A stretch of 64,000 nucleotides of DNA from Calcarisporiella thermophila CBS 279.70 (taxonomy: Eukaryota; Fungi; Calcarisporiellomycota), in NCBI RefSeq assembly GCF_041956535.1, contig NW_027192212.1, forward strand, positions 388,970-452,969. The letters are read 5' to 3'. Of the stretch, positions 1-12,410 are shown piece after piece (within the stretch, counting starts at the first letter, position 1; each line of letters begins with the position of its first letter). The translations under genes were made by a program, and so were the position numbers. A model generated the notes under the pieces. It did no database searches. It saw only the letters and a program-made list of their open reading frames with translations, and was not told the origin of the DNA.

Positions 1-183
1 GATGGGAGAGGGAGCGCGGATATTTTTTGAGATGAAACCATAGAAGCAGACACTGTTTTGAAAGAAGTGAGAAAGAAAGAAAAATGAAAAAAAAAAAAAT
101 ACATTGAAAGCTATAAATAGGAAAAGTATAGGATCACGGCAACAATACGGTTCGTTTTTTTTTTGGACCTATATCCCAGTGGC

Positions 184-1359
184 CTAGCCTTGCACGCTGC
201 TGGGCAAGCTGCCCAAGAGCTCGGGCGGGAGCTCACCATCCTGTAGCGGGCAATTGAAGCTTGCGCTTTCTTGGAGGGTTGGGGATATGGTGAAGAAGAG
301 GATGCGCAGGTACAGGATCAGGTTGTAGTTCACGGTCAACTTCTGCTTCGGCCCGCCGGTGAACCCGCACTTGGAGGCGATGTCGGCGAGCACCGCTTGC
401 GCATTAGGCATGTCCGACGTGTATTGAATCGAGAAGGGGAAGTTGAGCTCCGTCGTGGACTTGGGGCCAAAGTAGACGTCAGTCAGGTTACCGCCTCCGA
501 CGGGCACCCCGCGGCTGCCGGCGCTTGCATTGGGCACGGGGTAGAAAGCCTCGGCCTTGATCATGGAAAAGCTGGCGCCGAAAATGTTGGGGTTCTCCAC
601 CGAGACGTCCAGGCCCATGTTGATGCTGAAGTTTCGGCCCTGGGCGAGATAGGTCGGCCGGCCGTCGGGACTTGGGCCGGTGCCTTTGAAGTTGATATTG
701 GGCTGCTTGAAGGTCGCAGCCAATGCCCCAATCACAATGATCAGAATGATCAGAAGCACGAGGCACCCGCACCCGACGAACCGCAGCCAAACCGGGCAGC
801 AAGGGCAGCACCGTGAGCAGAACTGGCGCTTTTTCTTGGCCATCTCCTTTTCGTTTTGCTCCACGTCGTCCCGGTCGTCGTCTAGCATGGTGGTGTATCT
901 CCAACCGGGAGGAGCGACTCCAGCTGGAAGATTTGCATAGGATGGATCGCTCGGAGGGGATGGATCTCCGTGCGCCAGGGGGGTAGCACTGGATGGGCGA
1001 TCGTAGAGCGGCTCCTCGGATGTTGCCGGAGAAGAGGCATGGCCCATCCACTTCGACGTTGAATGGCGATGAGGGGGAGGGGGAGGGGGGGGAGATGACG
1101 ATTCATCGTAATCAGGATATGGAATGGGGGCTACGCTGTGGTAGTCATTAGGGTAGGCGGGATTAGCATACGTGGCGAGGGGAGCAGGCGCCAGAGGATT
1201 CTGTGGGTAGGCCAGATTCTGCTGGGGAGCTGCAATGTAGGTTGGCGCATAGGCATTTGACGGGATGTCGGCCTGGCCGTAGTCACGGGATGGACGTCTG
1301 CCTTCTAAGCTGGACCGATGGTCGCGGAAGCGCCGGTAGTCGTCGCGGTAATTCGACAT
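184..1359 (-). CDS. LEA_2 / NDR1-HIN1-like type II membrane protein
   Basis: Intronless ORF; first ATG at 1359 (MSNYRDD). Pro/Tyr-rich N-terminus, Cys cluster (FCSRCCPCCP), one TM helix (LVLLIILIIVIGALAA), then a LEA_2-like beta domain (VSVENPNIFGASFSMIKAEAFY...GGGNL...FPFSIQY). Confidence 0.75.
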   Translation of the reverse strand: MSNYRDDYRRFRDHRSSLEGRRPSRDYGQADIPSNAYAPTYIAAPQQNLAYPQNPLAPAPLATYANPAYPNDYHSVAPIPYPDYDESSSPPPPPPPHRHSTSKWMGHASSPATSEEPLYDRPSSATPLAHGDPSPPSDPSYANLPAGVAPPGWRYTTMLDDDRDDVEQNEKEMAKKKRQFCSRCCPCCPVWLRFVGCGCLVLLIILIIVIGALAATFKQPNINFKGTGPSPDGRPTYLAQGRNFSINMGLDVSVENPNIFGASFSMIKAEAFYPVPNASAGSRGVPVGGGNLTDVYFGPKSTTELNFPFSIQYTSDMPNAQAVLADIASKCGFTGGPKQKLTVNYNLILYLRILFFTISPTLQESASFNCPLQDGELPPELLGSLPSSVQG

Positions 1360-3061
1360 TGGCGTTGCTGGGGGGAGGCGGGGGGAGCTAGCGGAGAAGG
1401 CGGGGGGAGAGGGCGGTGGAAGCAGAGAGAGAGGGAGAGGAAGAGCTGGCGACGAGAGCCGGAATAAGAAAGGATTACTGATTGCAAATCCAACGAGCAA
1501 TTAAAAATAGAAAGAGAGCCAAACCTTTTCGCCCCTTTTTGTCCAACCAACCACGATCAGCAACCGCTCTTTTGAGCGAAAATTAAAACGGCTGATATCA
1601 CTGGTGCATTTCGAATGGAAGAAATTCAAAGTTTCTATCGCACAAAACTTCTTGGCCCGTTGCTTGCCGCCCACCGCCCTGGGATCGGGCGAGCGCGCCG
1701 ACCGGGTTCGGCTGTCTCCTAAGCAGCCGCGCCATCGCCGAATGCTTGCGTCGAATGCTGTCGTCATCCAAGCTGCCGATGCCCGCGCGCATTGCACTCT
1801 ATGAGTTAATGCGGCCTCTCCGCGGGATCGCCGCGATCTTTTTAGAAAGATGGCCCGCCATGGAATAGAGGGCGCCACCTGGAACGCGAGGTAGCTGGGG
1901 CGCCTCCGACCAAGACGATCCGCTCAAGGGGGACAGCGACTCTGGGCTTGCTTTGTAATCCTTACCGGCTGCACGCGGCTACTCCGCGCCATCGGCCTAG
2001 CCATAGATGCTTGAGTTTGCCCTGGCCATCGATCGGGCTATTGGGCTCTGCAATCCACGCTATCCGGTGATGAAGAGAGCAAGCAGGCCACTTGGAGGGC
2101 GGAGATTGATGTCATGGCTATGGCGAGTAAGAAACACTCCAAGTCGAATCGGGGCCAGCCTACCCCCGAAATAGTATGCTGAGATTTCCAAACGGGTTTT
2201 AAATCTTGGGAGCCAAGCCCGGCTCCATGGGCCAAAGGAGGCGGCCCATCTGCGAAGAAGCTCATAGTAAGGGCCAAGTGTACGCTTCAGCTGAGCTCAT
2301 CCGAATCCACTCTTTCCCTCTTGGCCGTAGCGGTGAGTTGACGGGTGCCCGGCTGACCCAAGCACGCTTGCCCTTCTTTGTTATGGAATCAATCTGAAAC
2401 CTAAGAGATAATAATTCCTTTATAGAGGAGTTGAAAGCCACCGTTTCCAATGCTTCATACACAAAAGTATACTCAAGCTTATTCACCCTCGCCAGCCTAA
2501 GTCTCTTGCCGCAGAGAGTTACATCTTCTCACCCATGCTAATTTCAATAAATGAAACGCTTGTATTTTATGTATCACCAATATCCCTCTCTTCTCCGACC
2601 TATAGAGTTTAGATGAAAGAATTTCCGCAAACGCACCAGAGTAGCGCTCTGCCCAACGGGCGGATCCTTGTTGGAAGCAGCATGCTAGGTTGGCTAAAAA
2701 ATGCTTCCTCGAGAAACGTGGAATCTGGAACATATTCTTTAGGGCTCTAAAATGGGATACAATCTCTTTTCGGAACAAAAATTTTTAGAGAGGCGAAGAA
2801 ATAGGCGTGATGTTAGAAAGATCAGACGTCAAGTGCTACCCCATTCATGATGCTTTCATCTATCTCAATATAGCCTATGATGAAGGCGACATAACAGGTC
2901 AATCCTGAGCGCTACCACACCCCTCCAGCTCAGTTCTCTCAACCATGCTGGTTTGGTGTGGGAAAATCCGCTTTGAAGTCAACGGATTGACAGAAAAGTA
3001 TGGGCTGCAGGTGGCATATTTTTTCGATGCAAAAGTGCTTAACTATTTTAAACCATGATAA

Positions 3062-3262
3062 TACGCAAGAGGGCTTGAAGTATGAAATCTTCAACATGCA
3101 AAGGAGCTTGAAGAACGAGAACTTCGCTATTCAAAACTGATTGAGAAGCAATTCCTCGAGCCAGAAAAAGATCGTGAGGAGAGATATTTATGAGAGGTTG
3201 AGAAGCTTCTACTCGAGCATCAACACGAACTTGAGGAACAGTCCGCCAAGTACATTCACTAA
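3062..3262 (+). pseudogene. Decayed coiled-coil coding fragment
   Basis: Frame reads YARGLEV*NLQHAKELEERELRYSKLIEKQFLEPEKDREERYL*EVEKLLLEHQHELEEQSAKYIH*. E/K/R/L heptad-like composition with in-frame TGA at 3083 and 3191. Confidence 0.4.
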
Positions 3263-3505
3263 ACTGATGAGGTAGAGAAGCGTGCATGGAAGGAGACTTC
3301 GGCTACGCATACACCTCCTAGACGAACCTCAATTGATTCGAAACTTGATCACCAACCAGTCAAGGTTAATCCGCCTAACCATGACGCCAACTTTTAATAC
3401 AATGAATAGGCCAATCAAGTTGGCCTTAAGGAATGTTTTCATTAGTGCTAACGGATAGTCCCGGCAGAAATTCGGAATCCTCTCATCACTCATTCCCTCT
3501 CATTA

Positions 3506-3715
3506 TCATCGGGCAGTCCGTTGGGCGCGTTTGAAGACTCTCATAGCCTCTGAAAGCGAGATGGGGGTGGATAGTTTAGAAAGTAGATGATCTTGTTATT
3601 TTCTTGCTACGGTGGGCAGATAGGAGCCAAGTGTTTCCTTGGTCGCGTACTGGGCAGCTGCAAGAAGAATGCCTTCGAACAAATCAACCATCTCCTGCAG
3701 CTCCTCGAGGGATTT
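3506..3715 (-). mobile_element. Possible relic of a non-LTR retrotransposon ORF
   Basis: Reads KSLEELQEMVDLFEGILLAAAQYATKETLGSYLPTVARK*QDHLLSKLSTPISLSEAMRVFKRAQRTAR* with one internal TAA (3596-3598). Resembles, from memory only, the endonuclease-RT linker of fungal LINE-like ORFs. No RT motifs are visible. Confidence 0.3.
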
Positions 3716-5361
3716 TTTTTTTTGTGGTGTAGCTAGTCTTGCAACGCGGTTATAACACGACCAAGTTCTTTTTAATTTTCTTATTAATTGCTTAACCTTC
3801 CTATTATATACTTATTGAACACAAGCTTATTTATTGGTGTATTAAGGTTTTACTCCAATACTCCCGAGATTCTATTTATAGTCAATCTTTTTGCTTTATT
3901 TTTCCTCACCTCTAGAATTCTATTAGGATTTGTAGCATATCTAACAGTCTCAGAACTGATACAATATCCCACTGTTTACGGAGAAATAGCGCTATGAGTG
4001 GGCTTTTCAATGGTGCAAAGCTTTTGTATATTGGAGTCGTTTCTGATGGAATATTCGGGTTGAATTTAAAAACATTAAGTTGTCAGTAAACTTTTGTGAG
4101 TCACAGTATATACTCGATGCGATATCGTAATAATGTTGAGGATTATTGGCGTAATTATTACACTGATGCAGTAAGAGCATAAAATTGTCTTAATTTCCTT
4201 TAAGGTAGAGTTATATTTAAACATAAATTTTCTTGAGGCATATGTTCAAGCTGGTCATAATGCAAGATATCTTAAATGATCAAGTTCAATGGTTATAAAA
4301 GGATGCTTTGCAAAGATTGAGGTGAGCTATTTCAAAATGCCTAATATTTCGAAATCTAGCTGCCAAATTTTTTCTCCTTTATATAAGCATCACGAATAAC
4401 AAATTTATTCTTATTCTTCTGGTTAATATAGTTTTATTTCCACCCTGGTTATCGGGAAGAAAATTCTATGTTAACATTTGTACGGTAGGCTGGAGAGTGG
4501 TCCAAGGATGTTTATGATCTAGGATACTTTACCACGCGTAGTTCGAAAAAGTTTATGACGTAGCGACACTAGATGGATGCATAGGCTGGATACAAAGAGG
4601 GAGAGTATTCCATGTGTAACATATATATTTTGTTGCCTAGTGGCTGGCAAGGAAAAAAATGATATATGTTATCATAGAAGTGAAAGCATAGGAGGGTGTT
4701 GTAATATGATTTATTTTTCCCCGGTTTCCATATTCACTATGTCGATATTCCTTGTGAATTAATGAATAGTTATCTGGCATCTTTACTAAAAAGTCCTTAG
4801 AATTTAAGCAGAGTTTACTTAGGGTGACTTCTTATAGAGATAACTTGAAGGACCAGTTGTAGTAAAATTGCAAAAACATGTAGGTTAGAGAGAATGAGCA
4901 TGCGTATCTATGAGTCGCTTTGCGGTCTGTGGCGGGGTGTTGTGGGACAGTATCCGCCAGAGGAAATCTTAAAAAAGCTAGTTAGAGTAATACTTCTTTG
5001 GATGAAGGATTCCATCCCAGAGTCAAAGTGCTCTCAGTTTTCCGCATGATACTGGGTTCGTTCACGCCAATCGGATGAAACACAATTCCCATTCAGTTTA
5101 ATACACGCGTCAAGCTAGTATATTTTTACGCTTGAGCTGTCGTATACGCTAGGCTCAGCAAAAGAATTAATAATGATTTGCCACTGCAAAATCCGCCAAT
5201 CCAAACGATCAGAGATAAAAAAATAAATATGAATTCTATTTAACAGAAAAGAAAAAAAAAGTACCTAGCTTTTAGATACAGTCTAGTCACAAAATGCGTT
5301 AATAAAATATAGGGCTAGACACTGAATACAATGTGAATAAATAAAATCTGCCTTTATACAA

Positions 5362-8300
5362 TCAATGACTTTGACCTGAAAGTACACGGGATACATGCTG
5401 GGTCTGTACGCTCTGAAATCGTTGCAATTCTGCTGGAGGCATACTGAGTCGTTTGCCAGTCTTGGTAATAAGCTTACCCGCGGCAGCAAATAGCTTAGCA
5501 AAGTTGCGCCTGGGTCGCTCATAGGGTTGTAAACGAGGGGCATAATAGGAACTCTGTGTAGACGGAGCAGGTCTCTGAAGCTGTGCACTAGAGCTAAGGG
5601 ACACCTCTGGTATCTTGCTGAGGTAATACCTGTCATGGACGAAGGAAAATACAAACGCGGTTGCGAATTTGAGTAGATCCAGCGGGAAAAACCAGCATAT
5701 GTTCCAGATCCATGCTGCGCCTGCCCAGCCCCAACCACATCCTTCTAATTGTGTGAAGCCCCAGTTGGCATAAACTGAAATAAAAGTGGCTACCAGCTGG
5801 GCTACAAGAAATGCCATGCAAAGCAAGATAGAGGGGGGCTCTGAGTAGAAGTTCCATGAGAATCCCTGGCTACGTGTCACAAAAATAAGTGCCTGACTAA
5901 TGGTGGACACTTGCAAATACATGACGGAATGGAGTCGAAAGTCATTTGCGTCGGTGAACGGCACGAGACCCCAACGATCAGTGAAGAATGAAGTTTGGGT
6001 GGCGACATAAAAGAAAATAACACTGGAAAGGGAGAGGTAAAGGCCGTAGACAATGGCATAAGTAAAAATCTCGAAAAGGTTCCAATTGTTCGGTTCTTTG
6101 GAGGGCTTGACGCGGTCTTTTGAGATGGTGAGAATGGTTCCGTCATTGAGAATGGCCAGAATGAGTACCATAAATGGTGGGAAGTCGAACCGAAAGGCAA
6201 ACAATAGAACGGCAAACGAGACTACAACACGAATCGTGACAGAACAGGTATAGATGGAGTAGTTACGCATGCGCTGAAAGATCTGACGGCTACCATTGAA
6301 CGCCTTAATTATCACCGACAAGCCGGGTTCAGTGAGAACAATATCTGCCGCGGATCGCGCTGCATCGGAACTATCCGCCACCGCCACACCCACATTGGCT
6401 TTAGCAAGAGCGGGAGCGTCATTTACGCCGTCTCCGGTCATGGCTACCATGTGACCCATCTTTTGCAAACGCTCAACGATTTCGTATTTATGTTCCGGGT
6501 AAACGCCAGCAAAGCCGTCTGCGGCAAGCACCAACTCGTCAATACTCTTATGTTCGGGGGGAAGCATCTCCGTGTTATTAAGTAGCTTGCTATTGTACAT
6601 GTTAGTACCCATGCCAAGATTGCGACCAGTTTCCTTGGCAATAGCAAGCTGATCCCCAGTAATCATCTTGACATGCACACCAAGCGAGAGAGCACGATCA
6701 ATTGTCTCCTTTGTATCATGTCGGGGAGGATCATGCAGTGGCAGAAGCCCGATGAGCCGGAAACCGTTCCCTTGGTCCGTAGTCCCACCATCCGGGACAT
6801 CTTCTTCGGCCACGGCGAGAGAACGGAGACCACGCACGGCGAATTCATCGACGTCTGCCGTTAGGCGCATTTCCAATTCCTCCGTCTTGTCACGAGAGCA
6901 AAGGTCAAAGATGACGCGAGACATTCCCTTGCTTACCCGGTGGATGGTATTATCTTTCATGTTTCGATAGGTCACCTCGGTACGTTTATCTACGGGATTG
7001 AAAGGTTTGAAGTCCAACACGTCGATGCCTTCGTGGGCAAGTGTGGGGTCGGAAAGGGATCGTACAATGCATGCATCGATGGCATCTTGATTCTCGATAC
7101 GAGAAGCATAGGCAGCCATGCGCAAGATATCATCCACTGAGTAGTCGCTGTATTGCTTGATAAGTTCGTGGTTAACAGTCAATTCATTTAGTGTCAGGGT
7201 ACCGGTTTTATCCGAGCAGAGAATGGTGACACCAGCCAGCTCTTCGATGGCGCTGATGCGGGTAACGATAGCCTTGTCCTCGGCGAGTTGCTTAGCACCG
7301 ATCGCCAGAGTAACGGAAAGCACGGTAGGCATGGCAATAGGGATGCCACCGATCAAGAGAACAAGAAGATTGTTGATACCGCGACGATATTCATAATGAA
7401 AACCAGCGTACATGACTAATATTTCTGTAACCAGGAAGATAGCGATGGAAACAATACAGAAGGTTCCAATTTTTGCCAAGACCTGTTGGAGATGGCCCAT
7501 TCCGTCGTTTGCATCCTGCACAAGTTCAGCAGCTCGTCCGAAAAAAGTGTGAATACCTGTGCCAATCACTACCGCTTCCGCCTCGCCTTGTTTGACGGTG
7601 CTTCCGCTAAAGATTTCATCGTCAATCTCCTTGCTGACCGGCAAACTTTCTCCAGTAAGAGCAGCTTGATCAATGGAGACATTGACTGCTTTGATGAGGC
7701 GTGCATCGGCGGGAACCACATCGCCCAGCTTTACACTAATTATATCACCTGGTACAAGCTCTGCGGCCTCCATGGTTTTCCACCCGCCGTCGCGCTTTAC
7801 CTTTGCCTGGGGAGCGAGAGAATCCATGAGTGCTTTGACAGCACTACCGGCTCGCCGCTCTTCAATGAAACCAATGATCGAGTTTCCGATCAGCAAGAGA
7901 ATAATGCCAACAAAATCTTCCCAATCGGGGGGTTTTCCTTCTCCATTGCTAAGAGCAATGGCGACGACAGCGGCCGCCTCCATTACCCAGGATAATGGAT
8001 TCCACATAAATGATAAGAATTGAAAAATAGGATTGGTTTCCTTTTGCTTGAGCTCATTCCGTCCAAACTAAATTTAATGGAGAAAGCAAAAATGAGAAGA
8101 GGTCAACATTTCAAATTATTCGTATTTTTATGACTCTCCAAACGCAGAGAGTCAGCTCGGGAAAAAAAGTCACCTTCTCGATGCGGAGTTTCGCGTCCTC
8201 GCTGGTTAGACCCTTATTGCTAGTCTTTAACAGCTGAAAGATTTGTTCGGTCTCCATATTCTCAAGATTAAACTTTTCTTTATCATACAAATCTTCGACG

Positions 8301-8392
8301 GCGATATTCTCACTAATAACATCGATCGTGACGCTCTCCGAATTCGATTCAGCTTGCTCGCTGGAGGCGAGCGTTCCATTAGGTGTTGTCAT
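5362..8392 (-). CDS. PMA1: Plasma-membrane H+-ATPase (P-type IIIA), 2 exons, about 974 aa
   Basis: Exons 8392-8174 and 8067-5362, GT-AG intron 8173-8068 (joins RIEK|FGRNEL). Motifs [38 protein letters not shown]. Confidence 0.97.
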
Positions 8393-11300
8393 AGCCCCCG
8401 GGCTTTTAGTATCCTCAGTTTAGAGCGCAAGGAGTATAGAGATAGGGTGGATGGGATTTTAGTGAAGGAGAGGGAGGTAGAGATGGCACCGTTTTATAGG
8501 AGAGAGAGCTCAAAACTAATGTTAGCCGGAATAATGTACATGAAACTGTGGCAACTCTTGGTGGCAATTAGCTTTTTTTTCTGGCCCAATTTCTGAAAAC
8601 GGTAATTGGCCAAGAGCTTTGTGTAGGCGGTTCAAACCGAGGCAAAAGATATGATTTTGCTGCGCCTCTTCATCCCCCTTCTGCACTATTGGGGTGCCAA
8701 GATGTATCGGAGGTTTTCGGATATCGAGAGGGAATTTCAGTTCTAGAAATCAGTCTAGCCTAACCGGGTCAATGATGTTCCCTTTATTCAGCAGGGAGAA
8801 CATTACTAATAAGTACTCAAGGAGGAAAATTATTTATCTCCTCGAGAGTACTTATCAATGCATATGTAAGAATAGGCATGTATCAGATATCAAGGTCCAC
8901 CATAAAGATAACAAGTACGGGCTTCGTTATAGCAAAAATTACAATAGGATATGCATCGAGTGAGTGAAATAATCGAACCAATATCCTAAGCAAATATTAC
9001 AATTAAACAAATCAACTGGAGTCATTAAATGATAGTGTAAATGTAGAGAACCTTTGGGGAAAAGAGTGAGAGCTTTTAATTTTTCTTTATTTCATTTTCG
9101 ATCGCGGGGTTTTGTGGCTTTCTACCCAATTGCATATTGTGAGGGGGGTTTTTAGTTGGAGAGAAAGATTTAACTCCGTATGATTTATTACAATCTCAAA
9201 TGTCATATAAATCAATTAAATGATGACGTAGCTACGTAGAGAGAGATTAAAAAGATCTGATAGTAACCTATGTAACAATGTAACATAGGTCATTGATTGT
9301 TCTTTTGGAGATAGAGTGATGCTTGAAGTGGATTAGACATTTTATTAGCGGTTATAGATCTATACCACAAGGGCTATAGTATTGTCTCTCCTCCTCCATC
9401 TATACCCATTTATTCCTCTAAATGCCTAATAAACTGCATAATCAGAGCGCCAATTTCATAATCCGTTTGCATAATCCCTCAATATCTAGCGCTCGCCCAA
9501 ATGAGTCAATTCTTGACTTTGCCTTTTAATATGCATTTAACCCTGGTGTTATCTTCTCCTCCCCCTCCTCCTCATGTTTCGGAGGCCGCTTCGTCATCCG
9601 CTTATCCTTCTTCGTAAGTGTTTTCTGGTTGACTTCGACTTTTTCGTCTCCTGCAGAACCACTATACGAATAAATCACCTTGTTCTCGTAGGAAAATGAG
9701 AAGAAGGTCGAATGTCTTTTTTAATTCTAATTCATTTCTCTAGCAATTGTGTTTTTCCTTTATTAGCTTATCTTCTATCTAATTTCCCATGAACACAAGA
9801 TATTAAGATCACTATGCGGGCTCGAATAAATAGTCACTAAGCAAAACTTACATATAACTAATTGCTGAAAATGCATACACCTGAACTGGTATTACTACTT
9901 TCCTCTAAATTCATAAAAGAACTCAACCAAATGTCGAGCAGAAGAATAGTGGTGTTTGCAATAATGAAAGCCAGGGCATGATATCGAAGCCAATGAGACT
10001 AGGAAATAAGACAAAGTTTGTGTGGGTCGAGTTGTATAAAAATGGATATGAAATCAAAAGTTACTATAGTAAATTAAAGATATTTATAACTATATATCTG
10101 TGATTGCAGCCAGTGGTCTGTCGAACCAATTTTTAGTATGTCAACTTTTGTTTGCGCAGCATCTGGGGATCTACTCTTTCCAATAGCAAGAGCTGTATAA
10201 ATGAAGGTGAATACTTAGGTCTTAATCTATCGAATGTAAGAAGCTATCCTAAGTTGATTAGCATGTGAGGAGCGGTTCGTATTGCTGAATTAATGTTCTA
10301 AAATCTACTCTCCAACATTCGGCCATCCTCTTTTAAAAAGTGATTATACTGACCGTTTAAGCCCTTCCTTTGTCTCAACTAATGATGCACAAGCATTTCA
10401 AGACCATCATAATGAATTTAGGTGCTTACGATGCTGACTCCTCCACTTTTTAACTCCACTTCGATGTCCCTTCGTTCAAACATAGCATGAATAACTATCC
10501 AACCCCGAAGTGCTCACGCCGGGTATAATACCTCCTATTTGATGTGAGATGTGTCCCCACGAGATGAGCTTTACCCAAGCCTTTTTCGATGAAAACTACG
10601 CTCTCCGAAGTGAAGAGGGTTTACCGAGGCTTCCTCTCTTACAGCTAGGCTTAGTTTTTCCCGCTCCAAATGAAAGGCCGGAGATAGTAAAATCTCAGGG
10701 GAGGAGGAGCAGTGACACTGATTTGTACACTAGATAACCTCTTCAGTGCCTTCATTGAAACTATTGGAGAAAATAGAATTACAGTACCCAAGATCAACTA
10801 ATTCGATATCGACATGTTGACTTTCATGGCGATGAATTGTTTTTGGCAGGTATCCTCTCCATAATTAAAGCCTGAGATTCCTTAAATCTTGTATACGTGA
10901 TTGCTTGTTATTTTTGTGGAATTTCCTTTCACTCCCCACTTTTTTCTCACCATTTTATGCATATCCTCTGGTGTGTGGGAGAAGAGATGAGAGTCATTTT
11001 ACAAGTCGCTCATCCTGACCCCCTGTATTGATTCGGCGCAGATTTCATGTTCTCAATATTCGAATGCTGTTTTTCCTCTTAAGCGTGCTGGAGTATATTC
11101 TAGATATAGAAGTGAGGAGGGGCATCAACGGATTTATAAGCACATGAGCATTGCGTGGAATATGCAAATGCCAGTGGTGATAATGGAACGATAGGAACCC
11201 TAATTTTCCTTACTGGACAGGTTTACTCACCTCAGGAGAGGGTTAGAAGGTGCATAGGATTTAGCCATGGGCATATTACTACAATTTAGCGCGTCTAGCG

Positions 11301-12410
11301 TAAACTTCCCACAAGTGCATGGATAGGCGTTCAATTCGCCACAACTCCGTCTATTCTCCCCCATGGGTGTATGTTTAAGCGCAAATAAGGAGCGCTCTAG
11401 TGATATGGGGCTAATAAGTGGCTTTCTCCCTTGCTCTATCTTCGCCGGGTCGGGAGGGAGGGTCTGAGGTTGGCTTGCTTCCTGTGATTAGCAAAACTCC
11501 TTTCCTCTTCTATTGATCTCGTAGTATCTTTCCGGATTCCCGGCTCTTGAGAATAGAGCTTCTTACCCAAGGCATAGATGGTGCATGTTTATATCTTTAC
11601 ATAGGCCAATGGCCTTTCTTTTTTTCAAGCACAGATCGATAATTCCCTATGCTTAAGCGCTTTTCGCTGTTCTGCGTGTGTGTTTTCTCCCTTGGACGCA
11701 AAGGATTTTTAATCTATAACATTTTGGTGGAGAGTTTCAATAGGGAATTGTGCTCCTGTTCCACACGGCTCAAACAATAAAGATGCGGTGACGTATTCAA
11801 ATGTGTGACTTTTATGAGGCTCTCAAATGATTGTCATCCACTCTTATGGAATCCGCCCGGTCTGGTTTTCTCCAAAAGCCTTTGTTCCCTTGTTATCAAT
11901 CCAATTCCCAATTTTTCTGTTCTCATCATTACCCCCTTATTCTCGATTCTGATCAATACATTGCTGCCTTACTGCCAACATTTTAAGCTTCTGGAACTGC
12001 GCGTCTTCTTTTCCAATTCAGGTAAATTTTCTGATGGATATCTCTGCGATCATCTCTATGTGACATTTCGTCCTTCTTGTGTTGTTCAATGGGTCATGTT
12101 TATGATGCATTAATCAGTGAAAAAATATAGAAGGAATTGGTTGTGGACTCTTTTGTTTTTTTCTACTTTGCATTTTTTTCATTTCCCCTTCCCCTTTTGT
12201 TTGAATTCCCTGGTTCAACCTTGAACTTGTTTTTCACCCATTCTATTCCCTCCTATTATTCTTCTTTCTGTATGGTTGTTGTTATTATTTCATGGGCACT
12301 AGTTCTACTATGATGTTCAACATGGGTGCATTATTTATTTGAAATTCAGTGCATCACAACGATTCAAAATGCAACAAATAACGCTAAACATCCCTTTTTA
12401 TTTTAGAATA

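Noticed and set aside
2200-3060. Long degraded plus-strand ORF continuing into the coiled-coil fragment
   Set aside because: Stop density is about that of random sequence and there is no recognisable motif.
3083-3193. In-frame TGA codons as selenocysteine or readthrough
   Set aside because: No redox motif, start codon or SECIS-like structure seen. The window's tRNA has a GCA anticodon and short variable arm, so it is Cys and not Sec.
4534-5110. ACGCGT (MCB) sites at 4534 and 5105
   Set aside because: They lie downstream of PMA1 and not in a promoter; a 6-mer is expected by chance.
8600-12000. Short ORF-like patches and an 8-bp inverted repeat (9266-9290) in the PMA1-GSK3 spacer
   Set aside because: No coherent exon chain or family motif; consistent with regulatory or decayed DNA.
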